Source of the DNA: Eledone cirrhosa
Lineage: Eukaryota
Length of the DNA stretch: 64,000 bases
Assembly (NCBI GenBank): GCA_964016885.1
Contig: OZ024743.1
Location: forward strand, 69,130,001 to 69,194,000
Reading direction: 5' to 3'
In this document: piece by piece, positions 1 to 21,425 of the stretch
How positions within the stretch are numbered: position 1 is the first letter of the stretch
Layout: every line of letters begins with the position of its first letter
Notes under the pieces: generated by a model
The model's input: only the letters and a program-made list of their open reading frames with translations
What the model was told of the DNA's origin: nothing
Database searches by the model: none
Translations under genes and position numbers: made by a program

Positions 1-240
1 GTCAGTGAAACTATGCCTCTCACATCCTCCATACAAGTGGTTCGCTATTTTGTAATATATTTAATAAAATATTCCTTGGCTTTCAGTTTACTATTGAGGA
101 CCACTCAGTTGAACGTAAATGTTTTCTTGGGAAATTGGAGTGGTTAAGTGATAAAACCTGACATTATAAACTATATTCGTCAGTGTCAGGCTTGTGTGTC
201 TCTGTGCATGTCTATCTATCTATCTATCTATCTATCCATC

Positions 241-778
241 AAGCCGCCTCCCCCCTTCAAAGATGAAGCAGAGGCGGTGTTTCTGTGCGTAATAGCCATG
301 GCGAAAGAGGTTGTATGGTGGACGCGTCTGAAAGGACTGAGGTCGGGCACCTTTCTCTCTGGCCAACAACTGGTCCGTTTCTTCCGATATCATTTCGGAA
401 GAAGGATCAGGATGGAGAGAGAGGTGCTGCACCCCAGCCGTTTCTATGAAAGATGGGTGAAAGTGGCGAGAATGGCCCGTGTGAATGGGCCTTCACTCTA
501 CATCAGACTATAGGTGAGGAAGATGAAAGACCAAGGGAGCACCCCTTCTCTGTGCTCCTGAGGAGTAGGGTTGCACACTTTTTTCGGGGGTGTGTGCGAC
601 CCCCCAAGGCGCCTCCTCTCTATTGAGGATTTTGTTAAACATTTTATTTTTTGTTATATCTTATTTTATTTTTATATTTTGTTATTGCCTCCTCCTTATT
701 GAGGACGCCTTTTTGTGTAAACTCCCCCCTTTGTACTTGTCCCACTTTTGATGCCCTAGTGGCAAATAAAAGAAATAT
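241..778 (+). mobile_element. 3' end of a non-LTR retrotransposon (L1/Tx1-like ORF2 C-terminus plus 3' UTR), flanked by (TCTA)n
   Basis: Frame EAVFLCVIAMAKEVVWWTRLKG...RWVKVARM resembles L1/Tx1 ORF2 C-termini. It is followed by a T-rich UTR and AATAAA near 764, with (TCTA)n on both sides. Confidence 0.45.
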
Positions 779-794
779 ATCTATCTATCTATCC

Positions 795-899
<105 letters not shown>

Positions 900-1129
900 C
901 ACACACACACACATAAATATATATATATATATATATATAGCAATAGTATATCAAATATATATCGCGTCCCCAATACGTCGAATTCACTAATGCCTTTGCA
1001 TTCGGTAATTAAATCATGTACTCCGCACTCATGTATTGAATGCTCATTCAATTAACATTTTAACGGTTTTTCGTACGCGCGTTTATAAAACTGAATCCCC
1101 CCCCTCTCTCTTTCCCGCTCTTACTCTCT

Positions 1130-1329
1130 NNNNNNNNNNNNNNNNNNNNNNNNNNNNNNNNNNNNNNNNNNNNNNNNNNNNNNNNNNNNNNNNNNNNNNN
1201 NNNNNNNNNNNNNNNNNNNNNNNNNNNNNNNNNNNNNNNNNNNNNNNNNNNNNNNNNNNNNNNNNNNNNNNNNNNNNNNNNNNNNNNNNNNNNNNNNNNN
1301 NNNNNNNNNNNNNNNNNNNNNNNNNNNNN
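1130..1329. other. Assembly gap (200 N)
   Basis: Run of N. Confidence 1.
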
Positions 1330-1330
1330 A

Positions 1331-1741
1331 ACCCACTGTACCAATAGGAAATGTATCATATGTAAGGTGAACCCCCGGATAAACTGTAAAACTAGAAACG
1401 TAGTCTATAGCATAAGATGTACAGAGGGTACTTGCAGAAACACGACAACAACATACATAGGTGAGACAGCTCGTAGCATAGGTGAACGGATAGACCAACA
1501 CTGGGGGGAACTAAAAGGACGAAAAAACGGGTCAGTACTATACGAACATGCTAGACAACACCATGACGGTAACATAGACAACATAGAAATTAGAATAATA
1601 TCTAAACATAGGAATGACCCAGCAGATAGGCAAATCAGAGAGGCCAGTGAAATAGAAATTAGAAGACCAAAGCTAAACAGAAAGAATGAGTGGAACAACA
1701 ACAACACCCAAACAAACAACACTGACCTAAGAGAAGTATAA
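1331..1741 (+). CDS. Penelope-like element GIY-YIG endonuclease domain (3' part of ORF; upstream part lost in gap)
   Basis: HCTNRKCIICK...NCKTRNVVYSIRC...YIGETARSIGERIDQH...RQIREA...LNRKNEW: Cys knuckle, VVY/YIG, catalytic R and E, terminal LN. Confidence 0.85.
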   Translation, partial: THCTNRKCIICKVNPRINCKTRNVVYSIRCTEGTCRNTTTTYIGETARSIGERIDQHWGELKGRKNGSVLYEHARQHHDGNIDNIEIRIISKHRNDPADRQIREASEIEIRRPKLNRKNEWNNNNTQTNNTDLREV

Positions 1742-1889
1742 ATAAATAAGTAAATTAAATTAAATAAAATAAGATAAATAAATACATACACAAGCACATA
1801 AACACACACTAGTCACCCAGCAGACAACACTATACACACTAGTCACACATCACACATCACACATAACACTATACACACACGCAAACGCA

Positions 1890-2268
1890 TGCGCAAAGAA
1901 GACAAAATAAAATAAGATAAACAAACAAGCAAATAAATAAATAAATATATAGACAGACTGAACAAAAAAAATGGCGTAGACATACAACACAACAGGAGGA
2001 ACAATGAATATAACACCACTGACGATGTTGCAGATGTGCAACGAAAGATTTATGTAAACTATATATATATGTGTTTGTCTATATTGTATCTGTATTATTT
2101 TTGACCGCCGGTCAGTCAAGGGCAACATTGAGGACCGAGTAAGTTAGATCGCAGATATATATATATAAAAGACAGCGAGAAGCGAAAACCAACCAAACAG
2201 TGAGTGTGTTCTGTTATTAATTCTGGCAATATTACGCAAATATGACCCTCCCCAAATATAACAATACA
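1890..2268 (+). repeat. PLE 3' UTR/pLTR-like segment; diverged paralogue in reverse orientation at ~53125-53470
   Basis: Shared strings such as gcgaaaaccaaccaaacagtgagtgtgttctgttattaattctggcaatatta and CTGACGA-gttgcagatgtgcaa. Confidence 0.8.
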
Positions 2269-2339
2269 TATATATATACATATATATATACATATATACA
2301 TATATATATATACATATATATATACATATATATATATAC

Positions 2340-2374
<35 letters not shown>

Positions 2375-2375
2375 C

Positions 2376-2428
<53 letters not shown>

Positions 2429-2497
2429 CATATATATATACATACATATATATATACATATATATATACATATATATATATATACATATATATATAC

Positions 2498-2529
<32 letters not shown>

Positions 2530-3448
2530 ATATATATATACATATATATACATATATATTTATACATATATCTATATATATATATATACATATATATACA
2601 TATACATATATCTATACATACATATATATATACATATATATACATATATATATATATACATATATATACATATATATACATATATATACATAGATATATA
2701 TATACATATATACATATATATACATATATATATATATACATATATATACATATATATACATATATATACATATATATACATATATATATATATATACATA
2801 TATATACATATATATACATATATATATATATAAAATATTTATACATATATATATATATATACATATATATACATATACATATATATACATATATATATAC
2901 ATATATATATATATACACATATATATATATATACATATATATAGATATATATACACATATATATACATATATATATACATATATATATACATATATATAT
3001 AGATATATATACATATATATATATACATATATATACGTATATATATATATACATATACATATATATATACATATATATATATATACATATATATACATAT
3101 ATATATATATACATATACATATATATATACATATACATATATATATATATACATATATATACATATATATATATACACATATACATATATATACATATAC
3201 ATATATATATATATACATATATATACATATATATATATATACATATATATATACATATACATATACATATACATATATATATATATACATATATATACAT
3301 ACATATATATATACATATATATATATATACATATATATACATATATATATATACATATATATACATATATATATATACATATATATATATACATATATAT
3401 ATACATATATATATATACATATCTATATATACATATATATATACATAT
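2269..3448. repeat. Imperfect (TA)n/(TATAC) microsatellite
   Basis: Direct reading. Confidence 0.95.
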
Positions 3449-3743
3449 AAATTTTCGAGACTGCCCAACCTGGGACGCCTCCATTGCCTTGCAATGGTCA
3501 AGTGATACTGGTGACTGTGACACTTAGTGCCTTCGTGGGCCCCTGATGTTTTCAAGAAATATATTTTGAAAAATTGGTCAAGTGATACACATAACTGTGA
3601 CATTTAGTGCCTTCGTGGGCCCCTGATATATTGAAGAGATATATTCTAAAAAAATATATATCTTATCTCAATTTACTTTATTTCATTTTATTTTATTTCA
3701 TTTCATGTTATCTAATTTTATTTATTTACTTACTTGACTCCAT

Positions 3744-3782
<39 letters not shown>

Positions 3783-3851
3783 TATTTAAATTTAGATTTT
3801 AATTTTAAAATTTTAAAATTTAAATTTTAATTTTATTTATTTATTTAATTT

Positions 3852-3899
<48 letters not shown>

Positions 3900-4463
3900 T
3901 TACATTTAATTACATTTAATTATACATATAATTATAATTATACATTTGATTTTAATTTTAATTTAGTCTATGTTATTTGATTTTAGTTTACCTTATTTTA
4001 TCTTATTTTACGATTATACTATATTATGTACGATGTATATAATTTTTAATTTTTAATTGTATATTATTTTATCTCATTCCTTACCCTATATTTTATATTT
4101 TATATGTAAGTTTGTTATGTATTTCTTCGTATTTCTTTTTATATATATTATAAGTCTGTTTTTTACCTATTTTTTACCTATTTTTTACCTACTCTTACCT
4201 AATCCCATTATCTTATCTACACTTGTCTGTTCTCTTATCCATGTGTCTACTCTTGTCTGTTCTCTTATCCATATGTATGCTTGTATGTAACTATATGTTG
4301 ACAGCACACCGCCCAACTGTGACAGATAGCACCCCTTATTTTTATTTTTATTTTTATTTTTATTTTTACTTTTATTTTTATTTTTATTCTTATCCTCTAT
4401 CGTCTATTATTACCTTTCATTCTTCAATGTGTTATTGCTTGTATGGTATGTAATTAACCTTTA

Positions 4464-4509
4464 TGCTCTGATGAGTCCCACTTATAGTGTGGATGAAACA
4501 ATGTTAGCA
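4464..4509 (+). ncRNA. Minimal type I hammerhead ribozyme
   Basis: TGCT-CTGATGA-GTCCCAC ttata GTGTGGAT-GAAAC aat GTT-AGCA: stem I TGCT/AGCA, intact core, stem II, 2-bp stem III. Confidence 0.75.
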
Positions 4510-4827
4510 AGTAAAGATATGCATATGCTATAAGCGTTCTTTATTATTTATTTATTATATTACGGCTCTGTCCTCAGACATTGAGCTAACCTCATACTGC
4601 CTGCTGGATAAGTGGAGTGTTATACACCCCTGATCCTTTCCCTAGCATACTACATATATATATATATTCTTATATACATATAAATAAATACATATATACA
4701 TATACATATACACACATATATATATATATATACATATATACAAATATATATACATATATACATATATATATATACATATATATACAAATATATATACATA
4801 TATACATATATATATATACATATATAC

Positions 4828-4860
<33 letters not shown>

Positions 4861-4869
4861 CATATATAC

Positions 4870-4908
<39 letters not shown>

Positions 4909-4917
4909 CATATATAC

Positions 4918-4980
<63 letters not shown>

Positions 4981-4987
4981 CATATAT

Positions 4988-6211
4988 AGTCTTGATGTGG
5001 TCGCCCTTTATACCTCCGTACCAGCATCCCCAGCTGTCGACCTGTTGACCGAACGAGTCCGAGCATCTAACTTACACTGCTTCGGACTCACACACACGGA
5101 CATCCACCAACTCCTCTCCTTCGTTGTGGATAATGCACTCTTCAATTTCCTCGGCCACACGTACAAACAAATCTCTGGGCTACCTATGGGCTCTAGTCTG
5201 TCCTGCATACTTGCGATCTCGTACATGGACCACCTGGAGCGCAAGGCACTCAATACCCGCCAACCCAACGCCGTCGCCTTCTACTCCAGATACGTTGATG
5301 ACATCCTGATACTTACTTCTTCCCGGGAGATGGCGAATGAAATTCACCAAATCTTCAACGATACTGACCATCACGTCGATTTCACCATCGAACACCCAGG
5401 AGAAGACGGGTCACTCGCCCTCCTCGACTTCCGTATCAACATCTCGGAAGAAGGAGACATAAACACCACCTTTTACCGCAAAGCAGCGTGCAAGGACTTA
5501 TTTGTGCATTATAACTCAGCCCTCCCCAACAACGCTAAGAGAGGCTATGTCCTAAATGAACTGACAGGGATCACTAACAGATGCAGCGACCCGATGGGTG
5601 GTCTCACCCATACCACGCAATTCCGTAATCTACTCAGATCTAATGGTTATCCCAAGCGACTGATTAACGGAATTAGAGACCCCAGACCCAATAGACAGAC
5701 ACCCACTAGAAACTTAAATAAAAGCAGGTGCTTCTTTAAAATCCCCCACCTGAGTGAATATACCACGAACGCCATCCGCAGGGCCATACGGACGGAGGGA
5801 CTTGACATACATTTGGCCCACACAGGACCTTCGCTGCGAAGATGCCTCTCCAACAAACCCGACGAGTCAGATGGGACGTGTTCCCTCAGCAACTGCCCGA
5901 TACGGGGGGCAGATTGCCTACGCACCTATGTCGTATATAAGATTCAATGCGATAAATGTAACAAGTTTTACATAGGTAGCACCATCCGACCCCTACATGT
6001 TCGTATCAAGGAACATATCAACACCAACGCATCTTCCTTCCGTAAACACATCCTTAAATGCGGAAACCCACAGGGTAGACCCTTGGTCATAGTCCTAGCG
6101 ACTGAACGCAGCATCGGATCCTTAAGGATAAAAGAAGCACTTGTTATTAAGAACCTCAGACCCCCACTTAACAACCGGGCTGAGAGAAATGAGCTGACAT
6201 GGCTAACTTAA
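4988..6211 (+). CDS. 5'-truncated Penelope-like element ORF (RT + GIY-YIG), reading frame open
   Basis: [45 protein letters not shown]...HYNSALP; Cys knuckle, then [29 protein letters not shown]...EAL...LN. Confidence 0.92.
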   Translation, partial: SLDVVALYTSVPASPAVDLLTERVRASNLHCFGLTHTDIHQLLSFVVDNALFNFLGHTYKQISGLPMGSSLSCILAISYMDHLERKALNTRQPNAVAFYSRYVDDILILTSSREMANEIHQIFNDTDHHVDFTIEHPGEDGSLALLDFRINISEEGDINTTFYRKAACKDLFVHYNSALPNNAKRGYVLNELTGITNRCSDPMGGLTHTTQFRNLLRSNGYPKRLINGIRDPRPNRQTPTRNLNKSRCFFKIPHLSEYTTNAIRRAIRTEGLDIHLAHTGPSLRRCLSNKPDESDGTCSLSNCPIRGADCLRTYVVYKIQCDKCNKFYIGSTIRPLHVRIKEHINTNASSFRKHILKCGNPQGRPLVIVLATERSIGSLRIKEALVIKNLRPPLNNRAERNELTWLT

Positions 6212-6810
6212 CCATAGTGACCATTCACAGCCTACGGCCAGCTATCTTCACACACACGCACGTATATGCATACCCATACGCATACACACACACATCTATA
6301 TTTATACACGCACACATGTTTTTACAACCTACCACCTTTCACACCCTTTGATTTCCAGCTTCTACAGCCCACTATCTTTCACACACAAACGCACTCACAC
6401 ATATACACACACACAGTTACACACACACGTATACCCATACGCTTACACACACACATCTATATTTATACACGCACACATTTTTTACAACCTACCACCTTTC
6501 ACACTCTTTGATTTCCAGCTTCTACAGCCCACTATCTTTCACACACACACACACTCACACATATACACACTTACACTTATACACACACAGTTACACACAC
6601 ATATATATTTACACACACATATCTTACGGCTTTCACTCGCTAGCGCACCCTCTTGATTTTGGTCAGTAGCTTTTGCCACAGGCCTATCACGCGCACGCGC
6701 ATTCTTTCCCTCGTTAAAATTCTAAATAATTGTCTCCCCATAACGGCATTCCTGTCTTAACGACATCACAACTTTCTCCGCTTGGCCTGTTCCCCCCCTT
6801 TTGGAACTTT

Positions 6811-6846
6811 TCCCCTGTTGATGGGCGTGAGCCCGAAATATTGGGA
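6811..6846 (+). ncRNA. Minimal hammerhead-like motif in the PLE 3' pLTR (core variant CUGUUGA)
   Basis: TCCC-CTGTTGA-t-GGGC gtga GCCC-GAAA-TATT-GGGA; homologous to 30731-30765; A6 is mutated. Confidence 0.6.
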
Positions 6847-7037
6847 TTAAATCTCCACTACGGTAACCCTTCTACCTTTGTTTTGTTTTCATCTTTGTCT
6901 CTCTCAATTTTCACTTCCACCTGTTTCTCCTATCTATCATTCACTTCCTACCTCGAGATTCCCCTCTGCATTGTTGTGGCTTTCTTAACTACGTATTTTA
7001 CACATTTCACAATGCTTCAAGGAAACTTTAACACCCT

Positions 7038-8054
<1,017 letters not shown>

Positions 8055-8604
8055 TGTGGGCTGATAGTGGGCGATTTAAGGATTTACAGAAACCCAGGAA
8101 GCTAGATTTACCATCTTTCTAGCGGGTCCGGTTAAGCTTTTCACATTCATATGATTTATTGATTTATTGATATATTATCTGAGTGACCCTAATCTTCCGG
8201 ATCGTAATTTTTCGGTCGTATGGTTGATTTTAGACATGATCTATGTGTGTTGGTATTTTAACGATAGTTATAGCTCTGATTTATCTCATTTATTGAGCCC
8301 TCTGCAGCTCATGTCGAATTTTGTTTATCGTGAACTCGTGCGCCGTTTTTTCGATACTCGATTATTCTACAATATTTAGCTCTAGACTTAGCTATTGACC
8401 AGTTAATTTTATTGTTCATTTTTTGTCGATTCTATTAAATGATGAATAGCTCCTGTTTATTTTAACATGTCTACTGAGCACTCTTATTCGATATGTGATT
8501 TTCCACATTCCAGAATATTTTTCGCGGATATAGAGGTTATCTCCCTTGCCGGATTCCATGTGCGTTTTCAGCTAGGGTAGTGCTTTTTTATTCGTTTGGA
8601 CAAA

Positions 8605-8739
8605 GCTTGTTGATAAAGTATTTCCTGACCGCCGCTCCCTAGAAGTCTTATATATTTTTATGTGGGCTGATAGTGGGCGATGTAAGGATTTACAGAAACC
8701 CAAGAACCTAGATTTACCATCTTTCTAGAGGGTCCGGGT
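8605..8739 (+). ncRNA. Hammerhead ribozyme, U3-A8 core variant, extended stems II and III
   Basis: GCTTG-TTGATAA-[GTA/TAC, TCCT/AGGA, CGCC/GGCG arms]-GAAA-CCC...GGGT-C-CGGGT; GUC cleavage triplet at 8732-8734. Confidence 0.6.
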
Positions 8740-9257
8740 AAGCTTTTTACATTCATTTGATTTATTGATTTATTGATATTTCATCTGAGTGACCCGAATC
8801 TTCCGGATCGTAATTTTTCGGTCGTATGGTTGATTTTAGACATGATCTATGTATGTTGGTATTTTAACGATAGTTATAGCTCTGACTTATCTGAATTATT
8901 GAGCCCTCTGCCACTCATGTCGAATTTTGTTTATCTTGAACTCGGGCGCCGATTTTTCGATACTCGATTATTCTACTATATATATACATATACATATATA
9001 TATATATACATATATATATACATATATATACATATACATATATATATATATATATACATATATATATACATATATATTATACATATATATACATATACAT
9101 ATATATACATATATTTATACATATATATACATATATATATACATATATATATACAATATATATATACATATATATATACATATTATACATATATATATAC
9201 TTATATTATACATATATATATGACATATATATATACATATATATATATATATTATAC

Positions 9258-9354
<97 letters not shown>

Positions 9355-9362
9355 CATATATA

Positions 9363-9459
<97 letters not shown>

Positions 9460-9645
9460 CATATATATATACATATATACATATATATATATATACATAT
9501 ACTTATATATATATACATAATATATACATATATATACATATATTATACATATATATAATATACATATATATATACATATACTTATATATATACATATACT
9601 TATATATATATACATATATATATACATATATACATATATATATAC

Positions 9646-9676
<31 letters not shown>

Positions 9677-10294
9677 GTATACATATATATATACATATAT
9701 ATATATACACATATATATATATAATATGTACATATATATATATATGTGGCTGATAGTGGGCGATTTAAGGATTTACAGAAACCCAAGAAGCTAGATTTAC
9801 CATCTTTCTAGCGGGTCCGGTTAAGCTTTTCACATTCATATGATTTATTGATTTATTGATATATTATCTGTGTGACCCTAATCTTCCGGATCGTAATTTT
9901 TCGGTCGTATGGTTGATTTTAGACATGATCTATGTGTGTTGGTATTTTAACGATAGTTATAGCTCTGATTTATCTCATTTATTGAGCCCTCTGCAGCTCA
10001 TGTCGAATTTTGTTTATCGTGAACTCGAGCGCCGTTTTTTTCGATACTCGATTATTCTACAATATTTAGCTCTAGACTTAGCTATTGACCAGTTAATTTT
10101 ATTGTTCATTTTTTGTCGATTCTATTAAATGATGAATAGCTCCTGTTTATTTTAACATGTCTACTGAGCACTCTTATTCTATATGTGATTTTCCACATTC
10201 CAGAATATTTTTCGCGGATATAGAGGTTATCTCCCTTGCCGGATTCCATGTGCGTTTTCAGCTAGGGTAGTGCTTTTTTATTCGTTTGGACAAA

Positions 10295-10429
10295 GCTCGT
10301 TGATAAAGTATTTCCTGACCGCCGCTCCCTAGAAGTCTTATATATTTTTATGTGGGCTGATAGTGGGCGTTGTAAGGATTTACAGAAACCCAAGAACCTA
10401 GATTTACCATCTTTCTAGAGGGTCCGGTA
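10295..10429 (+). ncRNA. Second copy of the U3-A8 extended hammerhead
   Basis: GCTCG-TTGATAA-...-GAAACCC...GGGTC-CGG. Confidence 0.55.
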
Positions 10430-10670
10430 AGATTTTTACATTCATTTGATTTATTGATTTATTGATATTTTATCTGAGTGACCCGAATCTTCCGGATCGT
10501 AATTTTTTCGGTCGTATGGTTGATTTTAGACATGATCTATGTGTGTTGGTATTTTAACGATAGTTATAGCTCTGATTTATCTGAATTATTGAGCCCTCTG
10601 CCACTCATGTCGAATTTTGTTTATCTTGAACTCGGGCGCCGATTTTTCGATACTCGATTATTCTACTATA

Positions 10671-15872
<5,202 letters not shown>

Positions 15873-16356
15873 CTTTGAAATGTTTTGGCCAGTATTGGCC
15901 CAGGCCATGTCTAACTTAATAGCACCACCCGGCGAATCTTTCAATTCAGGATTTGGGCACCATGGCCCATTCGAGAAGAGAATTACTGTTTGCGGAGACA
16001 TATCCGGGTGTGGGTGGTTTATCCGGATTACTTGGAGGAATTTTTCCAAAGACTTCTTGAATTTTGTGTGGTCAGTTTCTGTTTTGACGTGTCCTGGTGT
16101 GATGTTGAAGAGAGCATGGGCCGATTGAGGTGAAATATTGTGCCGTATTTTTGTTATGAGTTGCGATTTAGATTTTTGAATGGGACAGATAGCACGGGGC
16201 CCAAGCCTTGGGTGTATCTTGAAGGCGATGCCAACATCATTCGGGCAGTGATGATGAACAATTTTCCACATCATGCAGATAATATAACGCTCACGGCGAC
16301 GCTATGGTGAGTAAAGTTTCAGGTTTTCTAGTCGACCCCAGTAGTCAAGGTCTGAC
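15873..16356 (-). mobile_element. Degenerate 3' fragment of a CR1/L2-group LINE ORF2
   Basis: [29 protein letters not shown]...PN...LFNITP...FKKSLEKFL, typical of the post-RT C-terminus; contains a stop. Confidence 0.75.
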
Positions 16357-18487
<2,131 letters not shown>

Positions 18488-18983
18488 TGAAGACGGCGTA
18501 TATATGTGTTGGTATGTATATTTAATCTTGATAGTTTGTATAATTTTGTATAATTTTGTACATAGATCTGTTGAATATGCATGCCAATTCTAACACATAT
18601 ATATCCTAGAAACGATCGTTAAATAATGAACTTTTTTTGTTTAATATAAGGAACTGTCTCATTGTTTATTCATTATTTGTTTAATATTTTATCTTGACTC
18701 TGTATACCGTTTATCTTTCACCGAAAGTGATTTTTCATTACATCTCTTCTTTCCATGATATCCGGAATACATTGAGTTCTTCATACGGATTGGACACTAC
18801 CGTAAACTCTTGGTAGATTTATCTACATAATTTTGCTCCTATTTTCACGGAAATATTCGTATTTTTGTACTGTATGTGTGTATTAATTTTATATTTATGT
18901 ATATACATATATATATATGTATGATTTTGTAAACCCATATACATTTAGTTGAGCTCTTTCAATTGTCCATCATCCATATCACA

Positions 18984-21425
18984 ATGGAAAAACAATATTT
19001 AGGAACCTCCTTAAAAAACATACCAATACCTTCTAAGGATGACTTCTTACTCCTTATGATTCAGAAAACTAATAATTTTATCAGAAGGGTTAGATGGAGA
19101 GCCTACCACTTCGATAGAAAATCTAAACAAGCAGATCGGAAATATATGTATGATTTCAATACTTACAAGAATCCACCACACAACTTTTTACTTGAAGACT
19201 TCGAGAAAGACCTTTTTAATTTAATTAAACACCTCAAATTTAAAAAGTATATATCCGTCTTTCAAAAGGACCTTGATTCTACCCTATTGGACCTAAAAAA
19301 GTCTAAAAAAATCCATGTCCACTCGGACAAAACTGGTAACTTGTATCATATGGATATTGAACATTATAACGAGTTCATATATAAAGAACTCAGAAAAAAT
19401 TATAAAAAATCTAATAATGCGTCACTCACCAACATCAACAACAAAACACACAACATAGTAAAAAAACTAAACATTGAAGATAGAACTGAACCTTTGGCAT
19501 TGAAAAGACCACACTTCAACCTGAAGGATCACAAATCTAACTTTAACTCAAATCCTTCTATTAGACTTATATGTCCCTCCAAATCAGATATTGGAATAAT
19601 TAGCAAAAAAATTTTAGATAGAGTCATCCCACAAATAAGAAAACACGTTATTTTACCACTCTGGGAAAACACCTCCCAGGTAATTAACTGGTTTAAAAAT
19701 ATTAGGTGTAAATCTTCTGCTTCTTTTCTACAATTTGATATAGATAATTACTATTCTTCTATATCACCTATACTCCTGAACAAAGCATTGATATTTGCTA
19801 AAAATAGATCTAACTTAACTTTGGATGACATTAATATTATTACACATGCTAGACTAACACTTATTGAATTTCAGAATGAATACTGGACCAGAAACACATA
19901 TAGTAATCTTTTTGATATTACTATGGGTTCAAGCGATTCCGCCCAAATTACTGATATTGTGGGCCTCTTTCTCCTTTTCAACATAAATGCCTCTTTTCCC
20001 CACCTCAAAGGTGGTTTATATCGTGATGACTGTCTTCTTCTTTCTAACAACCTTAGCCTTTCAGAAATTGAAAAAAACAAAAAACATATTAGAACTTTCC
20101 TTAAAGACTATTATAATCTTAATATTACTTTTGAAAAAACAAGTAAAGTAGTAAATTTCCTAGATATAACTTTAGATTTAGCTACGGGTATCTACCAACC
20201 TTACCATAAACCTAATCAAAACTTACATTACATTCACTCACAATCTAATCACCCTAAATCTATCCTTAAAAACCTTGCATATAATATATCACTTAGAATT
20301 TCTAACCTTTCTTCTAACCAAGATGTATTTGATAAAAATGCGACCTTCTATAACGAAGCTCTAGATAGAAGTGGCCACAAAAATAGATTAGAGTATATAC
20401 CTTCTACTAAAAATACTGAAAGCATACAACATAATATTACCAACAAACACCAAATGAAAAGTACACACCTAAATGCCACCCACACTATACCCCAAAATAC
20501 CAAATCTTCTAATATAAAGTATAGTAACTCTCAAAAAACTACTCATCATACAACTCTAATAAATATTAATAATAAAACTCCTAATAAAAAGGATAAAACA
20601 CCTAAATCTACAAATATAACTAAAAATGGTTGTGGTGAGATCATTAACATTAATCCTCCTAGTAAAAATCACGATACAACCTATAAAAATAATAAAAATA
20701 ATAAACAACATAGAAACCGTAATAGACGGGTTACTTGGTATAATGCTCCATTTAATTTACAAGTTAAGGATAATATTGCTAAAAAAATTTTTTATATCCT
20801 TGAGAAAAACTTCCCGCCAAACCACAAATACCATCAAATCTTAAATAGGTCTACAGTTAAATTCTCATACTCTACAACAAATAACATAAAACAAAATATA
20901 AGTGCCTATAATGCATATAAATGTAAGAAAACCATAAGTATACCACCAGTACATCAAATTAACCATAATATCTCCTCAAATACAGAATTAACGAAAGGAT
21001 GTAACTGTAGAAACAAAGCAAACTGCCCATTAAAAGGGAATTGTCTTGTTAACAACATAGTCTATAAATGTAATGTTAAAACTAAAGATTCTATTTGCTC
21101 ATATATAGGAGCTACCTCTAACAATTTTAAGACAAGGTTTAATACCCACAAGCATAGTTTTAAAAATGCCGCACTGGCTAATACAACATCTCTAGCAGAA
21201 AAAATCAATAGTTATAAAAATAAGAATATAGAATATGATTTGACCTGGAGTGTGCTCAAAAGAGCCACCCCTTATCAAAATAATAGAAATGAATGTAGAT
21301 TATGTTCCCAAGAACTATTTGAAATAATGAGGTCTAAGGATATCTTATTAAATAAACGACAGGAATTAATTATATCGTGTAATCATAAACTAAAAAAAAC
21401 ATTTAAATATTATAAACCTAATTAA
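18984..21425 (+). CDS. Naiad-clade PLE protein (813 aa): reverse transcriptase + GIY-YIG endonuclease
   Basis: SLKNIPIPS...FIRRVRWRA N-terminus; LKDHK, QFDIDNYYSSI, ITMGSSDSAQ, LYRDDCL, NFLDITL, HSQSNHP; CNCRNKANCPLKGNC-IVY-YIG-RFNTH...CRLC..E..LNKR.E...CNH; no internal stops. Confidence 0.93.
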   Translation: MEKQYLGTSLKNIPIPSKDDFLLLMIQKTNNFIRRVRWRAYHFDRKSKQADRKYMYDFNTYKNPPHNFLLEDFEKDLFNLIKHLKFKKYISVFQKDLDSTLLDLKKSKKIHVHSDKTGNLYHMDIEHYNEFIYKELRKNYKKSNNASLTNINNKTHNIVKKLNIEDRTEPLALKRPHFNLKDHKSNFNSNPSIRLICPSKSDIGIISKKILDRVIPQIRKHVILPLWENTSQVINWFKNIRCKSSASFLQFDIDNYYSSISPILLNKALIFAKNRSNLTLDDINIITHARLTLIEFQNEYWTRNTYSNLFDITMGSSDSAQITDIVGLFLLFNINASFPHLKGGLYRDDCLLLSNNLSLSEIEKNKKHIRTFLKDYYNLNITFEKTSKVVNFLDITLDLATGIYQPYHKPNQNLHYIHSQSNHPKSILKNLAYNISLRISNLSSNQDVFDKNATFYNEALDRSGHKNRLEYIPSTKNTESIQHNITNKHQMKSTHLNATHTIPQNTKSSNIKYSNSQKTTHHTTLININNKTPNKKDKTPKSTNITKNGCGEIININPPSKNHDTTYKNNKNNKQHRNRNRRVTWYNAPFNLQVKDNIAKKIFYILEKNFPPNHKYHQILNRSTVKFSYSTTNNIKQNISAYNAYKCKKTISIPPVHQINHNISSNTELTKGCNCRNKANCPLKGNCLVNNIVYKCNVKTKDSICSYIGATSNNFKTRFNTHKHSFKNAALANTTSLAEKINSYKNKNIEYDLTWSVLKRATPYQNNRNECRLCSQELFEIMRSKDILLNKRQELIISCNHKLKKTFKYYKPN

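Larger units (their letters stand above)
8055..10670 (+). repeat. Duplicated 1.5-mer of a ~606 bp non-coding unit (8055-8660 + 8661-8980; 9744-10350 + 10351-10670) separated by TA microsatellite
   Basis: tgtgg(g)ctgatagtgggcg...cagaaaccca recurs at 8055, 8661, 9744 and 10351. Confidence 0.92.
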
